A stretch of 64,000 bases of DNA from Camelus dromedarius. Lineage: Eukaryota. Below are positions 39,823 to 52,753 of this stretch, one piece after another. The position numbers and the translations under genes are program-made. The notes under the pieces are model-generated. The model was given only the letters and a program-made list of their open reading frames with translations, did not search any database and was not told the DNA's origin. Each line of letters opens with the position of its first letter. Positions within the stretch are counted from its first letter, which is position 1. The stretch covers positions 63,862,001 through 63,926,000 of the forward strand of contig NC_087436.1 in the NCBI RefSeq assembly GCF_036321535.1. The letters are read 5' to 3'.

Positions 39823-40426
39823 TGTAGTGAATATTTTTATTTTTGCCTGTTCTGGAACCCCTCCTCCCTCCCTTCTCCCAACCTTTTCTTTTGGAAGCCA
39901 CTCCTTCAATTCAGAGATATTCAATAACCCATCATCCAGGTTTAAAAGGTAAGCATATGATCCAGCTCTAGATTCTTTCTGTCAATTCCACCATCCACAG
40001 TGATTGGTCCACGCCTGTTATATGATCTAATGTAGTCTAAACAGATTTCTGCCCTGAGTTTTTAATTTAAAGCAAGAATAAATCATCCTTTCACTTCAGG
40101 TCATAAAGTTTGAAGAACATAAATTGGTGGCTACTGGGAACCATTGCCTTTCACTTTATTTGGGAAAAAGCTGTCTGACGTAAGGGAAAATGAAGCCAAG
40201 CAAAGGCAATCCCAAACGAGAGGAAGCTGGAGGGAGCCAACGTGCCAGGCCTCTGGTTCTGGAGTCTGACACTCCCCAGATCTGTTTTCAGTCCCGAAGT
40301 TCTTTCTTTGGTTTTATGATCTTCCAATTTTATCACCTGATAATCACTCACCAGTTTGATTTAAATTGCAAATCACCAGTTTGAGTTGCATTTCTGGAAT
40401 TTGTAACTACAGACTTTAACTAATAT
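39823..40426 (+). mobile_element. MaLR LTR (MLT1K-like)
   Basis: Starts tgtagtgaat, contains cagtgattggtcca, ends ccagtttgagttgcatttctg..ttgtaac...taactaatata. Confidence 0.65.
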
Positions 40427-42524
40427 AAGTTAATCTTAATTCTATATATCAACCTATATAATTAGCCTTAATTCTATGTTGTAAATACTGAATATATATT
40501 TATTTTATAATAAAAGTATTTTTTAATTAATACAGAAACCCACAGTGATCATATTCATGTTGGAAGGCATTACGTGAGGACCCTGTACATATAATTCACA
40601 TGTCTGTGGATCAGAGGGACTGCAGAGGTGCATACATTAGAGAGACAGGCTGTCACCTTGATTTGGAATATAAATGCCCTGATTTTATACTAAACTGGTA
40701 TTTTCAAACTAGTAGCCCCAATTTCGGTGGCTTGCAAGAGGTTAAACAATGTACTATCAAAATTATTTATTGGTCATTTAAGTTCGAAAAACAGTTGAAA
40801 GTCTAAAGAAAAAAACAAGTTTTTTCCCGTAACATTTCTCAATACTTCTAATTGCACTGTAATTCTTTGCTGTGCTATAGAGTAAATTCAAAGAAAACCG
40901 TATCATTTATTAACATCTCCACAGATCACAGCTGGAAAATACAGGACTAGTCTTATGTGGTAGATAGGGAAAATTGTCCTTAGGAATCTTATTCTTATCT
41001 TATTTGTTCTGATTTAAAGTCTTAGGAAGAAAGAAGAATGGGGCCAAAAGGAAAATACCATTTTTCCCCTGTGCAAAAACAGTCCCAGATAAGGATGCCA
41101 GCCAATTCAGCCTAGATGCCTAACATCCAGCCTGTTAAATCGAATCACAGAGAAGCAAAGCCCTAAGCCAAACAAACAAATCTCTAGTGATGGAGCCATA
41201 GTGACTTTGACAGGCAAATCTGGCAGTATTTATGAGTAAAAGAAATGTCTAGTTTCAGAAATGACTGATAGGGGTACATCAGGCCATCTATGAGTCCTAA
41301 CTGACAGGCATCAACTATCTGATAAATAGAAGTTTATTCAAGCTGTTTTAGGTGTTAAGGATCTCCTGATTGTTAGATAGTTATGAAATGATAGTGATTT
41401 TTGAGAGAATTGTGATATCTTTAGCTTCTAGATTAATCCTGAAATATAAAAGAATCATTTTCAGTTTAAAGATAAACTAAAAAGAGATTAAATTCCCTGC
41501 TCTCAAATGTTAGGTTTAGTACCAGGCTGAAAGCATGAAGATAGACTAACAGCCCTGAAAATCCTTGTGATCAGCCTTCTTCTAAGATAAAAATGTACTG
41601 GTATTTTACTAGTGATTGATATTCAGGTCATTTCTTTATTTTACTTCAGCTCTGCCCAGTTCTTGAAAGTAGATTTTGAGAAGGGGAGAAAAGAATGAGA
41701 TGTGAACTTAAAACTTACAATTGAAGGAATTAAATTCCTCTAAGATTTCAACCAATAAAATCCATACAAAACAAATGTTAGTAGCTTTGGAGGAAATAAA
41801 CCTAAAACTATCTGTTCATATGTGACTGATGTGTTTAGGAACATAAAAACAAACAGAAAACCCCACAAAGTCAGTTTCACTAGGGATATCTCAGGGAAGT
41901 TGGATTGTAACTTCCAAGTTCAAAAAGTAGAAATTAAGTAAAATATTTAGAAAAACATTTGATTAAGAGAAAGTTAATAGCAGAAGATAGGAAAATTATG
42001 TCAATGCTGTAAGGCTCAAGTTTATGGTGTTTAAAAGTACTATGCAGGTAAATCACAAAACTGAGTAGATGTTACTCATTGGTGTTCACCACGGCCCAGA
42101 AGAAATACACCTCAAAATTGTGTACTCTGTTAGACCTGAGTCCATGCATAATAAGCCATCTTTGGTTTACCACAATGACTTCCCACATATAACAAGAGGT
42201 AGAGTAATCTGAATAGAAGATAACAAGCAATCCCATGACTGGGAATGCTTGTTTCTTACGGTAATGTAGCCCGTTTCCCAGGCTACTCTAGTTCAGGGTA
42301 TACAATGGAGACATAGTAGCAGTAAATTTTACTTTTTCTTGTTGTGACCTGCAGTTTCTCCAATTCTTGCAGAATCTTTTCCGATTATATTAGGAATGCT
42401 CCAACAGCTGTCTTCATGTGCCCATGAATAATTTCATTCATGTTATTTGTTTGGGTTTGCCTCCAGTCATGACTTGGGTCAATAACTCCTTTCCTGCTGA
42501 AAGGCAAGAAGATACTTCACCACT

Positions 42525-42900
42525 CTCTTAGGTTGTGCTCCACAGAAGCAGAGCCTGAGTTGAGGATTCTTCTTCGAGTGGTATTTTGGGGGAGTGCTTT
42601 TATAAGAAACCGGATGAGCAAAGCAGGATAGAGCAGGAAGAAAAGCTAAGCAGGGATGAATCTCAGCTAAAGAGTGGCTTTGTTCTGATCCCACAGTGAA
42701 GTTCTGACATTTAAATTGAACACCCATGATCTACAGTCATTGGCCAAGGTCTACTAATAAGAGGTGGGGGAGGAGGTGACTTTTGTTTGTCCAATAGTAA
42801 TTCTTGGGAGAAAGGGAGAACTATCGGTTGTTATTAAACAACAGTCAGAACACCAGGAAGAAGGATGTATGAGACAGCAGAGTTGCTATTTTGAGTGCAT
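42525..42900 (-). mobile_element. ERVL LTR (LTR16-family)
   Basis: tcttaggttgtgctccacagaagcagagcctgag...gatgaatctcagct...agtcattggcca. Confidence 0.65.
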
Positions 42901-44419
42901 GCTATCATCATTCTTCTTCTAGACAATGCTTCTGCCTCTGCTATATCACCACTTCTACAAGGTACTGTCCCCTCTGAGAACACCTCCACTTTTTCTCAGA
43001 GTCCAGCTCACTCAAATACTGCTGTCTTCTCACTATATGCCATCGGTTTTTAATTAATAACTGATTCTTCTGACAAGTACTGCTGCTCCCCACTGCCAAT
43101 AGTGTTGGTACAAGGGCAATCTTAAGCAGCCGAAGCTCTGTCATCTTTGACTACACAAGAGAGAATGCCTCTTCCCTTTTGGAGTCACACTCTCAAGGAG
43201 AACTTAGTGTGGCCACAATCCTCAGAGTTTTACATTATTTACGCAGAGTTCTCTTGACTTAGGATTTAGACGTGAGTTCATGTAAAGTAGGATGGCGGTT
43301 AACTTATGTGACAAACACCATGTTTTCTCAGAATCAGAAAAGAGGCTGAACTCCCTTATCTCTTAGGAGGTAGTCTCTCCTAGAAGGTTTCTCTGTCTCT
43401 TATACAAACAGATTTCTAGAAACACCTACTGCCCAGTCTATCTGTCTGAGATTTTCAGATGTATCTGAATTTGAAGAGGGAATATTCTTAGGCTTAAGCC
43501 AAAAGAGTATATTCAATAATTTGGTATAATAATTATATATACTCCAATGTCTCTAATTATCTCATCTGCCTCCTCAAGTCTGGTCAGAGACCCAGGAAAC
43601 CTGAGTTTACAACCTGAACCTTCATGAATTCTCCAGGTAATTCCATCCTATGGGGTCTTCCTATGGGGACTACAATCAAGGTTTTTCCTCAAGGTACCCT
43701 AACCTGACTGTTGTCTCATTTCCTTCCTAAAACAAATACATTTTTTACTCTCTTTGTTTTTTTTTTCTTTTAATTCTATTCATATAAACAGATTTTTATC
43801 ATTTTTATTTGATTTTATAACAGATGCAGATTATAAACAGCAGCAATGATTCAGAAGCTCCTGGAAACAAAATCTAAAGGTTGTAAAACACATGCTGCAT
43901 ATGGTTTGTAAACATTTTCATTTCATAATTGTCTCTATGAAGATCTGAGGTGTTTGAATCATGCTTAAGTTTGATAGGATTCAATAAGCTCGAAACTGAT
44001 TTTTTGATCTGTTTCAAATGTTAGATTTGCCATTGCTTTATCTTTTTATATAGGAAATCTTTAATAAAGATTAAAGCAATAAAGTAAAGTAAATCAAGTA
44101 ATAAATACAAATACTCCCTGGAAAAGAGACATAATTCACTTTTGGAGGGCTCTAGGTATAAGAATTCCAGTAATTTGTTTTCAAATGCACAAATAGTATA
44201 CTTTGGTAAGGAACAAAAGAAGTATATTTTCCCCTGTCAAGTCTTTGGTTTTTTACCTCATGACATACAGTATTCTTGTGACCACAAAATTGCTAAATCT
44301 GTAAAAAGGAAAGAAAACAAGCTTAAATAATTTGGATTCACATTTCATTTCTCAACAATTAATTTAAAAAGATCAGAATATATTTTTCTATAGAAGAATG
44401 TCATGAATATTGCTGTCTG

Positions 44420-44900
44420 CAAATAGATGAGAGGGCTCATGCTATTTTAGCACTTGTCTGAAGTCAGGAAACCTGAGTTCTATTTACAACTCTGATTGAC
44501 ATTATCAGCTAAAACCAAACATTTCACCTATTCTTCCTGGAGTTTCTAGATCTGTATAATCAAATAATTATTGCTGTGCTTAATTAGAAGAGTAACGGAA
44601 TGTTCTTGAAGTAAGTTTGGTATTTTAGAAGTGAAGTGTGTATTTCTAAAGATTTTGTAGCATAATGGTACCAACTATCATACATTCCACAATCAGTATG
44701 CCTAAGTTCAAATTGCAGCACCACCTGTACAACTTTGAATGGATTATTTATCATTTTTGGCCTCAATCTCTTTACCTATAAAATAGGAACAATATTAGCA
44801 GTCATCATACAGGGAGGTTATAAGGACACAAGCTGCCAATATCCAGAGCCCTTAGAACAGTAGCTGACACACAGTAAACGGTATGTCAGTTAATGAATAT
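44420..44900. mobile_element. Cluster of MIR fragments in both orientations
   Basis: ctggaagtcaggaaacctgagttct; gcctcaatctctttacctataaaatagg...cttagaacagtagctgacacacagtaa. Confidence 0.6.
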
Positions 44901-45304
44901 CATTTAGGTAGCTGTCACAAAATTTAATATTGGTTAATTTTGTATATGTGTTGGGGGAGGAAGTCTAAGATAATAAAGAAACAAATCACCATCATTTAAA
45001 ACAATACATAAAATAACACTCAGCAACTGCAGAAACAAAACCAAAACATTTTTGTCAGCTGCTAAGCCATAAAATATAGTGTTTCCATCTGTGTATGGAA
45101 AGAATGGTGTACCCAAAGTTTGCAACTTGCCTTAGATTTTTAAAAGATTTTTGAAACAATGAAAATCACATCTATATATCTTGTTCCTCAGGTTAGCATC
45201 AATTTAGATTTCAAAACATCATAGAATTCTCAAAACTTCTTAAATATTTTCAGGACAGTAGAAAAATTCAGAATTTTAGAGATGGAGGAGTCTGAAATTT
45301 CCAT

Positions 45305-45740
45305 TGTGGCAGTGCCTAGAGGTTAAAGGTTAACTTTCCTGCCTCCATAGTACCTAGGTATGTTAATATGGCTAAGTTCTGACAATTAATATCTAAGCAT
45401 CAGAGCTGTGAGACTTCTAAGATGTCTGCTTAAAGGCTTTTTTTTTCCTTTGCCATTTCCTGCTCCTATAATGGAGATGTGATGGCGGGAGCTCCTACAG
45501 TCATCTGTGTCTATGCAGCAATCTCGGGAATGAAGGCTGTGTGTCTAGGCTAGTGGAGCAAAACGTAGGGAAACTGGAGCCCTGCTAGCTACGGAACCAA
45601 CAAATCAGCCTTGAAAATCACCTACCTCGTGGCTTTAATTTTGAGAGAGATTATTTCTAAATAATCTTTAAATTGTACCTTATTTAAACCAGTGTTATTT
45701 TTATACTTTCCGTTATATGCAGCAAAATCTAGTGTTAAAT
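45305..45740 (+). mobile_element. MaLR LTR (MLT1J-like)
   Basis: Starts tgtggcag; contains gatgtgatggcgggagctcctacagtcatc and ggctagtggagca; ends ttccgttatatgcagc. Confidence 0.7.
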
Positions 45741-46083
45741 GAAGCCTACTCCTACAGAAAGGACATAAGCTGCTTTGCCTCTTTCCTTTACTTAGTGAAA
45801 TGTGAAATGATCTGAGACCCATGTTGTATGGAAAGGATGGACAGAGGGGATATAAAATAAAGCAGGCAATACCCCACGACTTTGGTCTGAAAATGTACCT
45901 TAGGAAAAAGAAGCATTCTAGTGATCCAGTTCAAGTTACCCAAATTCTCTGCATTGGAATTTAGGGTAAAATCGAATTAGAAAAATTTTAGTTGCATTCC
46001 CTTTTTCTAGGCTCCCAATCATTTAATATCGCAGATGCCTCCTTTCCTCTCCATAATCCTGGAGTCCCACCAGGACGCCTTAC

Positions 46084-46211
46084 CTGAAGTTGATTAAAGC
46101 TCTGGCACCTACTGGGCAGGGAGTGTCTCTGACAATGCTCACACACTAATGACACAGCCGCCCCCTTCAGCAATGCTAATTGGTCAGCAATACTCCCTTA
46201 AAGATGCCAAT
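46084..46211 (-). promoter_or_regulatory. Candidate promoter and first exon on the minus strand
   Basis: On the minus strand: CCAAT (46183-46179), GC box GGGGGCGGC (46165-46157), then donor CAG|GTAAGG at 46084/46083. Confidence 0.3.
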
Positions 46212-47706
46212 CTGTTATCAGAAAAGATGCTATTTTTAAAATATATATTTAGAGTGAAGCCTTAAATAGTTTAGAGTTGAGCGAAAAGGTTGAGGACACT
46301 TGTCTAATTTTATTTTCTCTTTATATGATACATAATGATCTGCTACCCAATGAACAGATCTCAAAGAACCAGTGATTATAATGAGTAGTTGTCTATCAGT
46401 AACCAGAGCTTTGCTTATTTTCTCCACTGAATAAGATTCACATTGAGTGTATGTTCCAGGTAATTATTTTCCAAAACTTGTATAGGAATTACAGGTCTAA
46501 TCAAAATGAGTAACAGTATTAGGTAAGAATATCTGGAACATATATAGAATACAGAATATAGATCTAGAATATCTGGAACAGATATAGCTTGCCCATTCTC
46601 TGAAAAACACTGATTTTAAATGTTGCCAGTATTGAGGATGCATTGGCAGGACAGTTGGCCAATTCCTTATCAGAAACCATATTTTTTATCATTTTATTTA
46701 GCAATAAATAACATTACAGGATGCAGAAAATCTATCAATGTATGGATCTTCTGTCAAAACAAAAGACTGCTTTTGTTTTTGTTTTTCTTTTTTTCTAAAG
46801 AAAGAAGCAGTGGAAGCTGAAGAAATAATGTCACCTCAAAGACATGAAAAAGGTCATGCCTTATATACACTGCTGTATTCATAGACAAGATGTGACTGAA
46901 TTAACCATCCATATGCACAATCCATTTGGTTATATAAGTACTCAGTAGATTTAAAGGGCTACAGAAGTAACCCAGCCTGAGATATAATCTATAGAATGGT
47001 GGGTCAAACATCAGGAGACTCAAATGCTAATACAAGTGACCAGGAGATAGTCTCAAGGGAGGATAACTAAACTCGTTTGCACATCCAAAGGTGAGAGAAG
47101 AATGTGTTAACCCTAGAGAGATGGTTTGCATAGCTTTTAGAGAGGCCAGCTCAGAGAAAGAAATTGGCATGTTTATGCAGCATTTCATAGGGAAAATGGA
47201 AACTAGATCTGATTAGAGAAAGAGTTCATTCTTGTCACTTAAGTGCATGCTCAAAAAAAAAAAGTTTTCATCCTATTTCATTTAAAACTCAAAGCTCAAA
47301 AAACCAGCAAGCTATTTTGTTAAAAGAAAAGGTGGGTGGGAGAAATGCAGCCTTTAATTTCTATCCAAAGCACACACTACTATTTTGAATCACTACTGCT
47401 GGAAGGGCCAACAACATTAAAAGAAACTAAGGATAAAATAATGACTAGAAAATCAAAAACATGTTTCGCAGGAGGAGAGTGAGAACTGTCTAACCAGCAA
47501 AAACAACAACTGAAGGTAAAAAGTAGTGTATTTTCAAAACAATTTTATCAGCATCTGTTTTTACCAAATCCCATTTCTATATCTGACCTGGATGGAGGGG
47601 AAAAATGTAATTCAAAGGATTATGAATGGAGTTTCTTGTGTATAAGAACATCTTCTTAGCCTCAAACATACTGGGTCCAAATTCATATATTAGAGTATTA
47701 GAACCT

Positions 47707-47777
47707 GAGAGAGAGAGAGAGAGAGAGACAGGGAGGGAGGGAGAGAGAGCAGGGTGGGCAGAGAAAGGGAGAGAGAA
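47707..47777. repeat. (GA)n / purine-rich simple repeat
   Basis: Directly visible gagagaga...gggagggagggagagag. Confidence 0.85.
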
Positions 47778-48086
47778 CCCATTCCAAATAAATTCTGGGG
47801 AATGTATTGAGGATAAGGCCTCACCATAGCCAGGGTGGAATTTCCCTTAACCATATCCACTCATGGCTATCGTGGAAACATATCATTGTTTCTTTAGCAG
47901 CTTCTCAAGTATTCCGATAATGAGATATATAAGTATTGTAATCTTCAGATCTCATCATAACTTTGTTAAACATTCTATTAGGTGATTGACTAATGTTTAC
48001 TTATGAGTTTAGCAGCATGAGACCCACGCTAACTGGAAGTCACCGGAGGGCAGAGTCTGAATCTCACACAGTCTTCTGTTGGCAGC

Positions 48087-48583
48087 TGTGGTAGGTAGAA
48101 TAATAGCTGGAAACTGTGAATGTTGTTTTACATAGCAAAAGGGACTCTACAGATGGGTATCCTGAATTAAGCACGTTGGCCCAATCTAATTACAAGAGTC
48201 CTTAAAAGTGGAGAACATTTCCTGTCTCAGAAAGATGAGCTAGGAGAAAGAGATACCCACCACTGGGGGCTTTGAAGATGGAGGAAGGAGGAGCCAAGAA
48301 AGGTAGGAGGACTCTCGAAGCTGAGAATGGCCCTCAGCTGACAGCGAGAAAATGGGGATCTCAGTCCCACAGTTGCAAGGAGCTGCATTCTGCCAACACT
48401 GGAATGTGCAAGGGAACATTTTCCCCAAGAGCCTTCAGTAAGGAAGTCAAGACTACCTTGATTTTAGTCTAGTGAGACTCATGTCAGGCTTCTAGACTAC
48501 AGACTGGATGAAAATAAATATGTGCTATTTTAAACCTCTAAATTTATTGTAATTTGTTATGATAGCAATAGAAAACAAATACA
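48087..48583 (+). mobile_element. MaLR LTR (MLT1D-like) with 5-bp TSD
   Basis: tgtggtaggtagaataat ... aatttgttatgatagcaatagaaaacaaataca, flanked by gcagc/ccagc (4/5 match). Confidence 0.85.
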
Positions 48584-51500
48584 CCAGCATTTAACATTTT
48601 GCCTGACATATCAGAAGCATACAATACAAACTTTAATTAAATATGAGTCATTCTGTTATTAAAAATGCAAGAAAATCTACTCAAGGCCCTTTACCTCCTA
48701 AACTTAAGCAACATTCCCTAAAGTGTGTTGTTCAGAACATCAGAACCAACAGGTATTTTGTGGAGATGGGGAGGGTTATAAAATACATTGGCAAAGAGAA
48801 AATTCCCATTTGATGTCATACTTCACACTAGCATGGTAAAGACTCAAACAAATCCTGCACAAATAAACTCTATTCAATTTCATGTTTCTCAAACTTATTT
48901 GATTTCAGAAGTTTTTTTTTTTCCATGTTAGATTTTTTTATGTCCTCTGGAATAAAATAATGAATTATCATCAAGTATCATTTGCCTGGCTTGAATCTCC
49001 TTTATGCTAGAGGAGAATCAGAAAACCTTCTTGGTAGAAAGAATAATAGAACAATCAACATATTTAGCAATTATAAGGACCATATGGTTACCAATAATGA
49101 CAAAAAGATAATGTTCTAAAAGAGCACACTGTAAATTGGCAGCTCCATTTGTTCTTTTTAAGAATATCAAATAACAAACCCATTTATCTTTAACCTTTTT
49201 TTGGTGACAATTTTCTGTTTCTTTATAGATGTACAGAAATATAAGCTAAGCATTTATAAAAACCTGTCTTTGACCTCATGGTACTCTTGTCATATAAATG
49301 TCTGATTTTAAAAGGTTGAGAATTTTATAACACTTCAAAAATGATAATATTTAAACAAAAGCAAAATATTTTTATATTTTTCCTATTTCCAGCTCTTCCA
49401 AGATGCCAGAGGATTTCTATTAGAAGAGTTACACGATCTGGACTCAAAATTTTACACTATCCTTAACAATTAAAACTTGAGTTCATTTTTATTCTAACAT
49501 GCATTCAAGTGAGGTTTAACTTTAACTAAATAAAAAATAAACCAGTGTGGCCTATTCATCAGACTATTAAATGTCATTAATTTACCAAATAATTCGAAGC
49601 CTAATGAGTCAAACTGGAAATCATAAAGATAAAATTTAGTCTGTTCTATGATGTGCTTCTTTATAGTAGCCTTGCCTTCCTCTAAAGATTAGTATAATTG
49701 GGGAAAAAAAAAACATCTAACTATGATTTCTGCCATTGGACTCAGTGGGACTGAGTCTACAGTTCTGGGTTACAAAGCAAAAAAGACTTTCATTGTTTTA
49801 AAGCTCAAAATTTACTTTGACAACAGTGAATTATAATATTATAATATTATATATTCTATCAAGTATTAAAGATAAAGTTTTATTGAAATCATTGTTACCA
49901 AAATCCCAGAATTCCAGCATTTTAATGTTATAATAATAGCATTAAAAATAGTGCCAAAAACACACTTTCAAATCAAAGACAATATATATATTTCATATTC
50001 CAACTGAAATGTGACAATATAAAAAATTTTTGATTTGTATGTTGAAATTTTTCATCATGACTGCTTCAATTCTACCTTAGCCTGGAATTTCAGTCCCTCT
50101 TCTGATCACATCATTTAAAGTCTCATCTTTACTTATGAAATATATGAATTGTGGCACAATCAATCCATTATTTCATCCAGCAAAAGAGCTGATATCAACC
50201 CCTGTTAGGCTGATGTAACAACATCAATCATGACAATGGCTAAATGGGTGGTTCTACCAGGGCCTGGGGTCATGATCAACAGCCACCGAAGGACGCAGCT
50301 GATTGTGGCGACTTGAGTGATCTAAGCACTTACACCTCCAGCATGTGTTAGCTGAAATTAATTACACTGTGGCTAGGCATAGATCTGGGTGATCACGAAG
50401 GGAAAGTCACTTTAAACACTTCAAAATATATTCTCTAAGAGACTGGAATGAACTCATGGAAATAAGCCTTTTTACGGATAAGAAAATTATTAGTCTAACC
50501 ATCATCTTTACTTCTTGTTTCTTAAAACCTAGACAAAGTTAATTTAAGAATATAGAAAGATCATCAGGATGACCTTCTACAAATGAAAATGCTTCCCCTC
50601 TCAGAAAGTCTATATTACAAACACACAAATAAGTTGAGTCATATATCTGACTGAGTCATTATAAACACTAAAGTTGAGGATGACCATTAGACTTACCCCT
50701 TTTTCTCCAGACTTTTTGTTCTACCTAAATAAGATACTTCAGTAAGACCTAACTTAGTAACCTCAGACACTATTTTCTGTTTATCTTTCTTCTGTGAGAG
50801 GTAAGGATTAAACTGCCTGTTTATCTTCAGACAGGACCCACAGAACCCAGTGGAAATGGCTACAGCTGAGTGCTTAAGCCACTCAATCTTAGTGGAATGT
50901 AGAGGTGGTATGCTGCTCCACTCATGCACCCAGGAAGTCTGTGACAGAAATCTTGTAACGTATCTTCCATGACTACACCAGGGGAGGGTCTGGTGCTCTC
51001 TCTGCCATGTCAGTGGAATAGGGCTGAAAATCAGGATCTGCCATTCGTTGATGTTGCTACTGCATGCTGGGTACTGATCACGCATGCCATGGGAGGAACT
51101 CATCATTTCCTAATCATGATACTTAACAGACCATGCCCTCGTGTCAGTCTCCTGGCATTGATAGATTCCTTTGCTGTCCTGGAGGGTGCTGGTCAACAAC
51201 AGATCATGCAGCACTAGTCTCTGTGAGTTTCCCAAGACCTGCTCTGCATGTGCTGCCTGGCCTTTGACCTCGTTTACCTGACTTGCCCCAGCATCTGAAT
51301 TACCATGAACCTGTCTATTTCTGTCTATTCAAGATGAAAGTGCACAACTTAGATACTATTTTACATAGTTCAAAGAGAAAAGATTTTTCAGACATTTTTG
51401 ATGAAAACACAGCTCTTGCCAAGAAAATAAATATTGGCAACATAGGAAAAGGGCTTAATATTTAACTGGCAAAGTTTAATCTTCAGAACCTGAAATTTCT

Positions 51501-52690
51501 CTGGAGAAATATTTAATATCTAGAGTCTTTCACCAGAGAATAGTATATATCCTTTTTTACAAACTAAGAGGCCAAGTGATATTGTCAAAAGAGCCGTGGA
51601 TTAGATGTCAACAGACATAGACTGTAGACCTGGCTCTGAAAACAAATCAACTGTGTAACCTGGAGCAAGTCAGCTTAATCTTTCTGAAACTGTTGAAAAG
51701 AGACTTTGTAAGAGAAAGAGCAAGAATTGATTTGGCAAATGAGGAATAGCAAAGTCAAATGCAGTCTGTGGCTGGAAACTCTGAGCCAATAGAGAGCATA
51801 AATTAAAACAGTTCTATATGGTCAAAAGGAGGACCCAAATATTTGTGTTTTGAAAGGCTTACCTTTCAAATAAAATTTGTAAGTGTAATGAAAACATTTA
51901 TTTTATCATTAGTAGCTCAATGTCTATATGCCCAGTGCTGGATGAGAGAGTGGATGAGGACTATAATAATCCTCCCCTGACATACTGAGTATACCTAGCA
52001 ACTTCATACAACAAAATTACTTTGGGATGAATATAATTAATAAATCTGAAAAGCATAAATGCAAAGATAACAAAGAGCCACTACCTCTTAAATCACTACC
52101 TAACAAGATTTGGGAAAATACTTAGATGCAATAAACTTTAAAAATGTGTGTGCACTCAAAGTGTAGTAACACATTAAGCTCACATGCCATTTTGTTTTTC
52201 TGAAGAACTCAAAAGTGCTTTGCAAGATTCCATCCATCCATTACAAAGCTTTTATTTTCAATACAGGAAGGAAGATGTCCAGATATAAAATAGCTGTGAT
52301 CATAAAAGATATTAAGTACTGCCTAAAGTCAAGATTTTAAGAAAACTCCCTGAAATACTAGTCTTGGTTTGATAATTTCTGTTATTGCTTTGTATTGTTT
52401 TTCCACCTGCTCTTTGTGGGAATTTTCTTTTTTTTCTTTTGAGGGGAATACTTTCCATCTTATTTGTTTTACAAACCCATTTCTTGGAGTTCTTATAAGT
52501 TAATGTTTTTAAAGTTTCATAATTAATAATATCAAGTACTAGGGTGTTTTTGTTTTGAGTTAGGAAATTGTTCAGTTTTTTATTCCTGTGTAACTGTCAT
52601 AGACCACTGTCTCTAAAGAAGGCTATAGGACATCTTGTTTTATGGACATTCTGGATTTCCTCACTGCTTTTCTGTCTGCTTTTTAACCAG

Positions 52691-52753
52691 GAAGATGGAG
52701 GGTGGTGACACCTCCATGGAGTGAGAAGGAATGCTGGCAGATGGATATGATAC
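52691..52753 (+). other. Weak candidate exon (63 nt; alternative donor after 52757)
   Basis: Pyrimidine tract cttttctgtctgctttttaaccag, purine-rich body, donor C|gtaggt or TAG|gtgtgt. Confidence 0.25.

Noticed and set aside
49829..49846. 18-bp perfect palindrome aattataatattataatt
   Set aside because: Composed only of A/T in an AT-rich region, so expected by chance.
50693..51106. 137-aa minus-strand ORF as a protein-coding gene
   Set aside because: No recognisable domain or homology, and the composition looks random.
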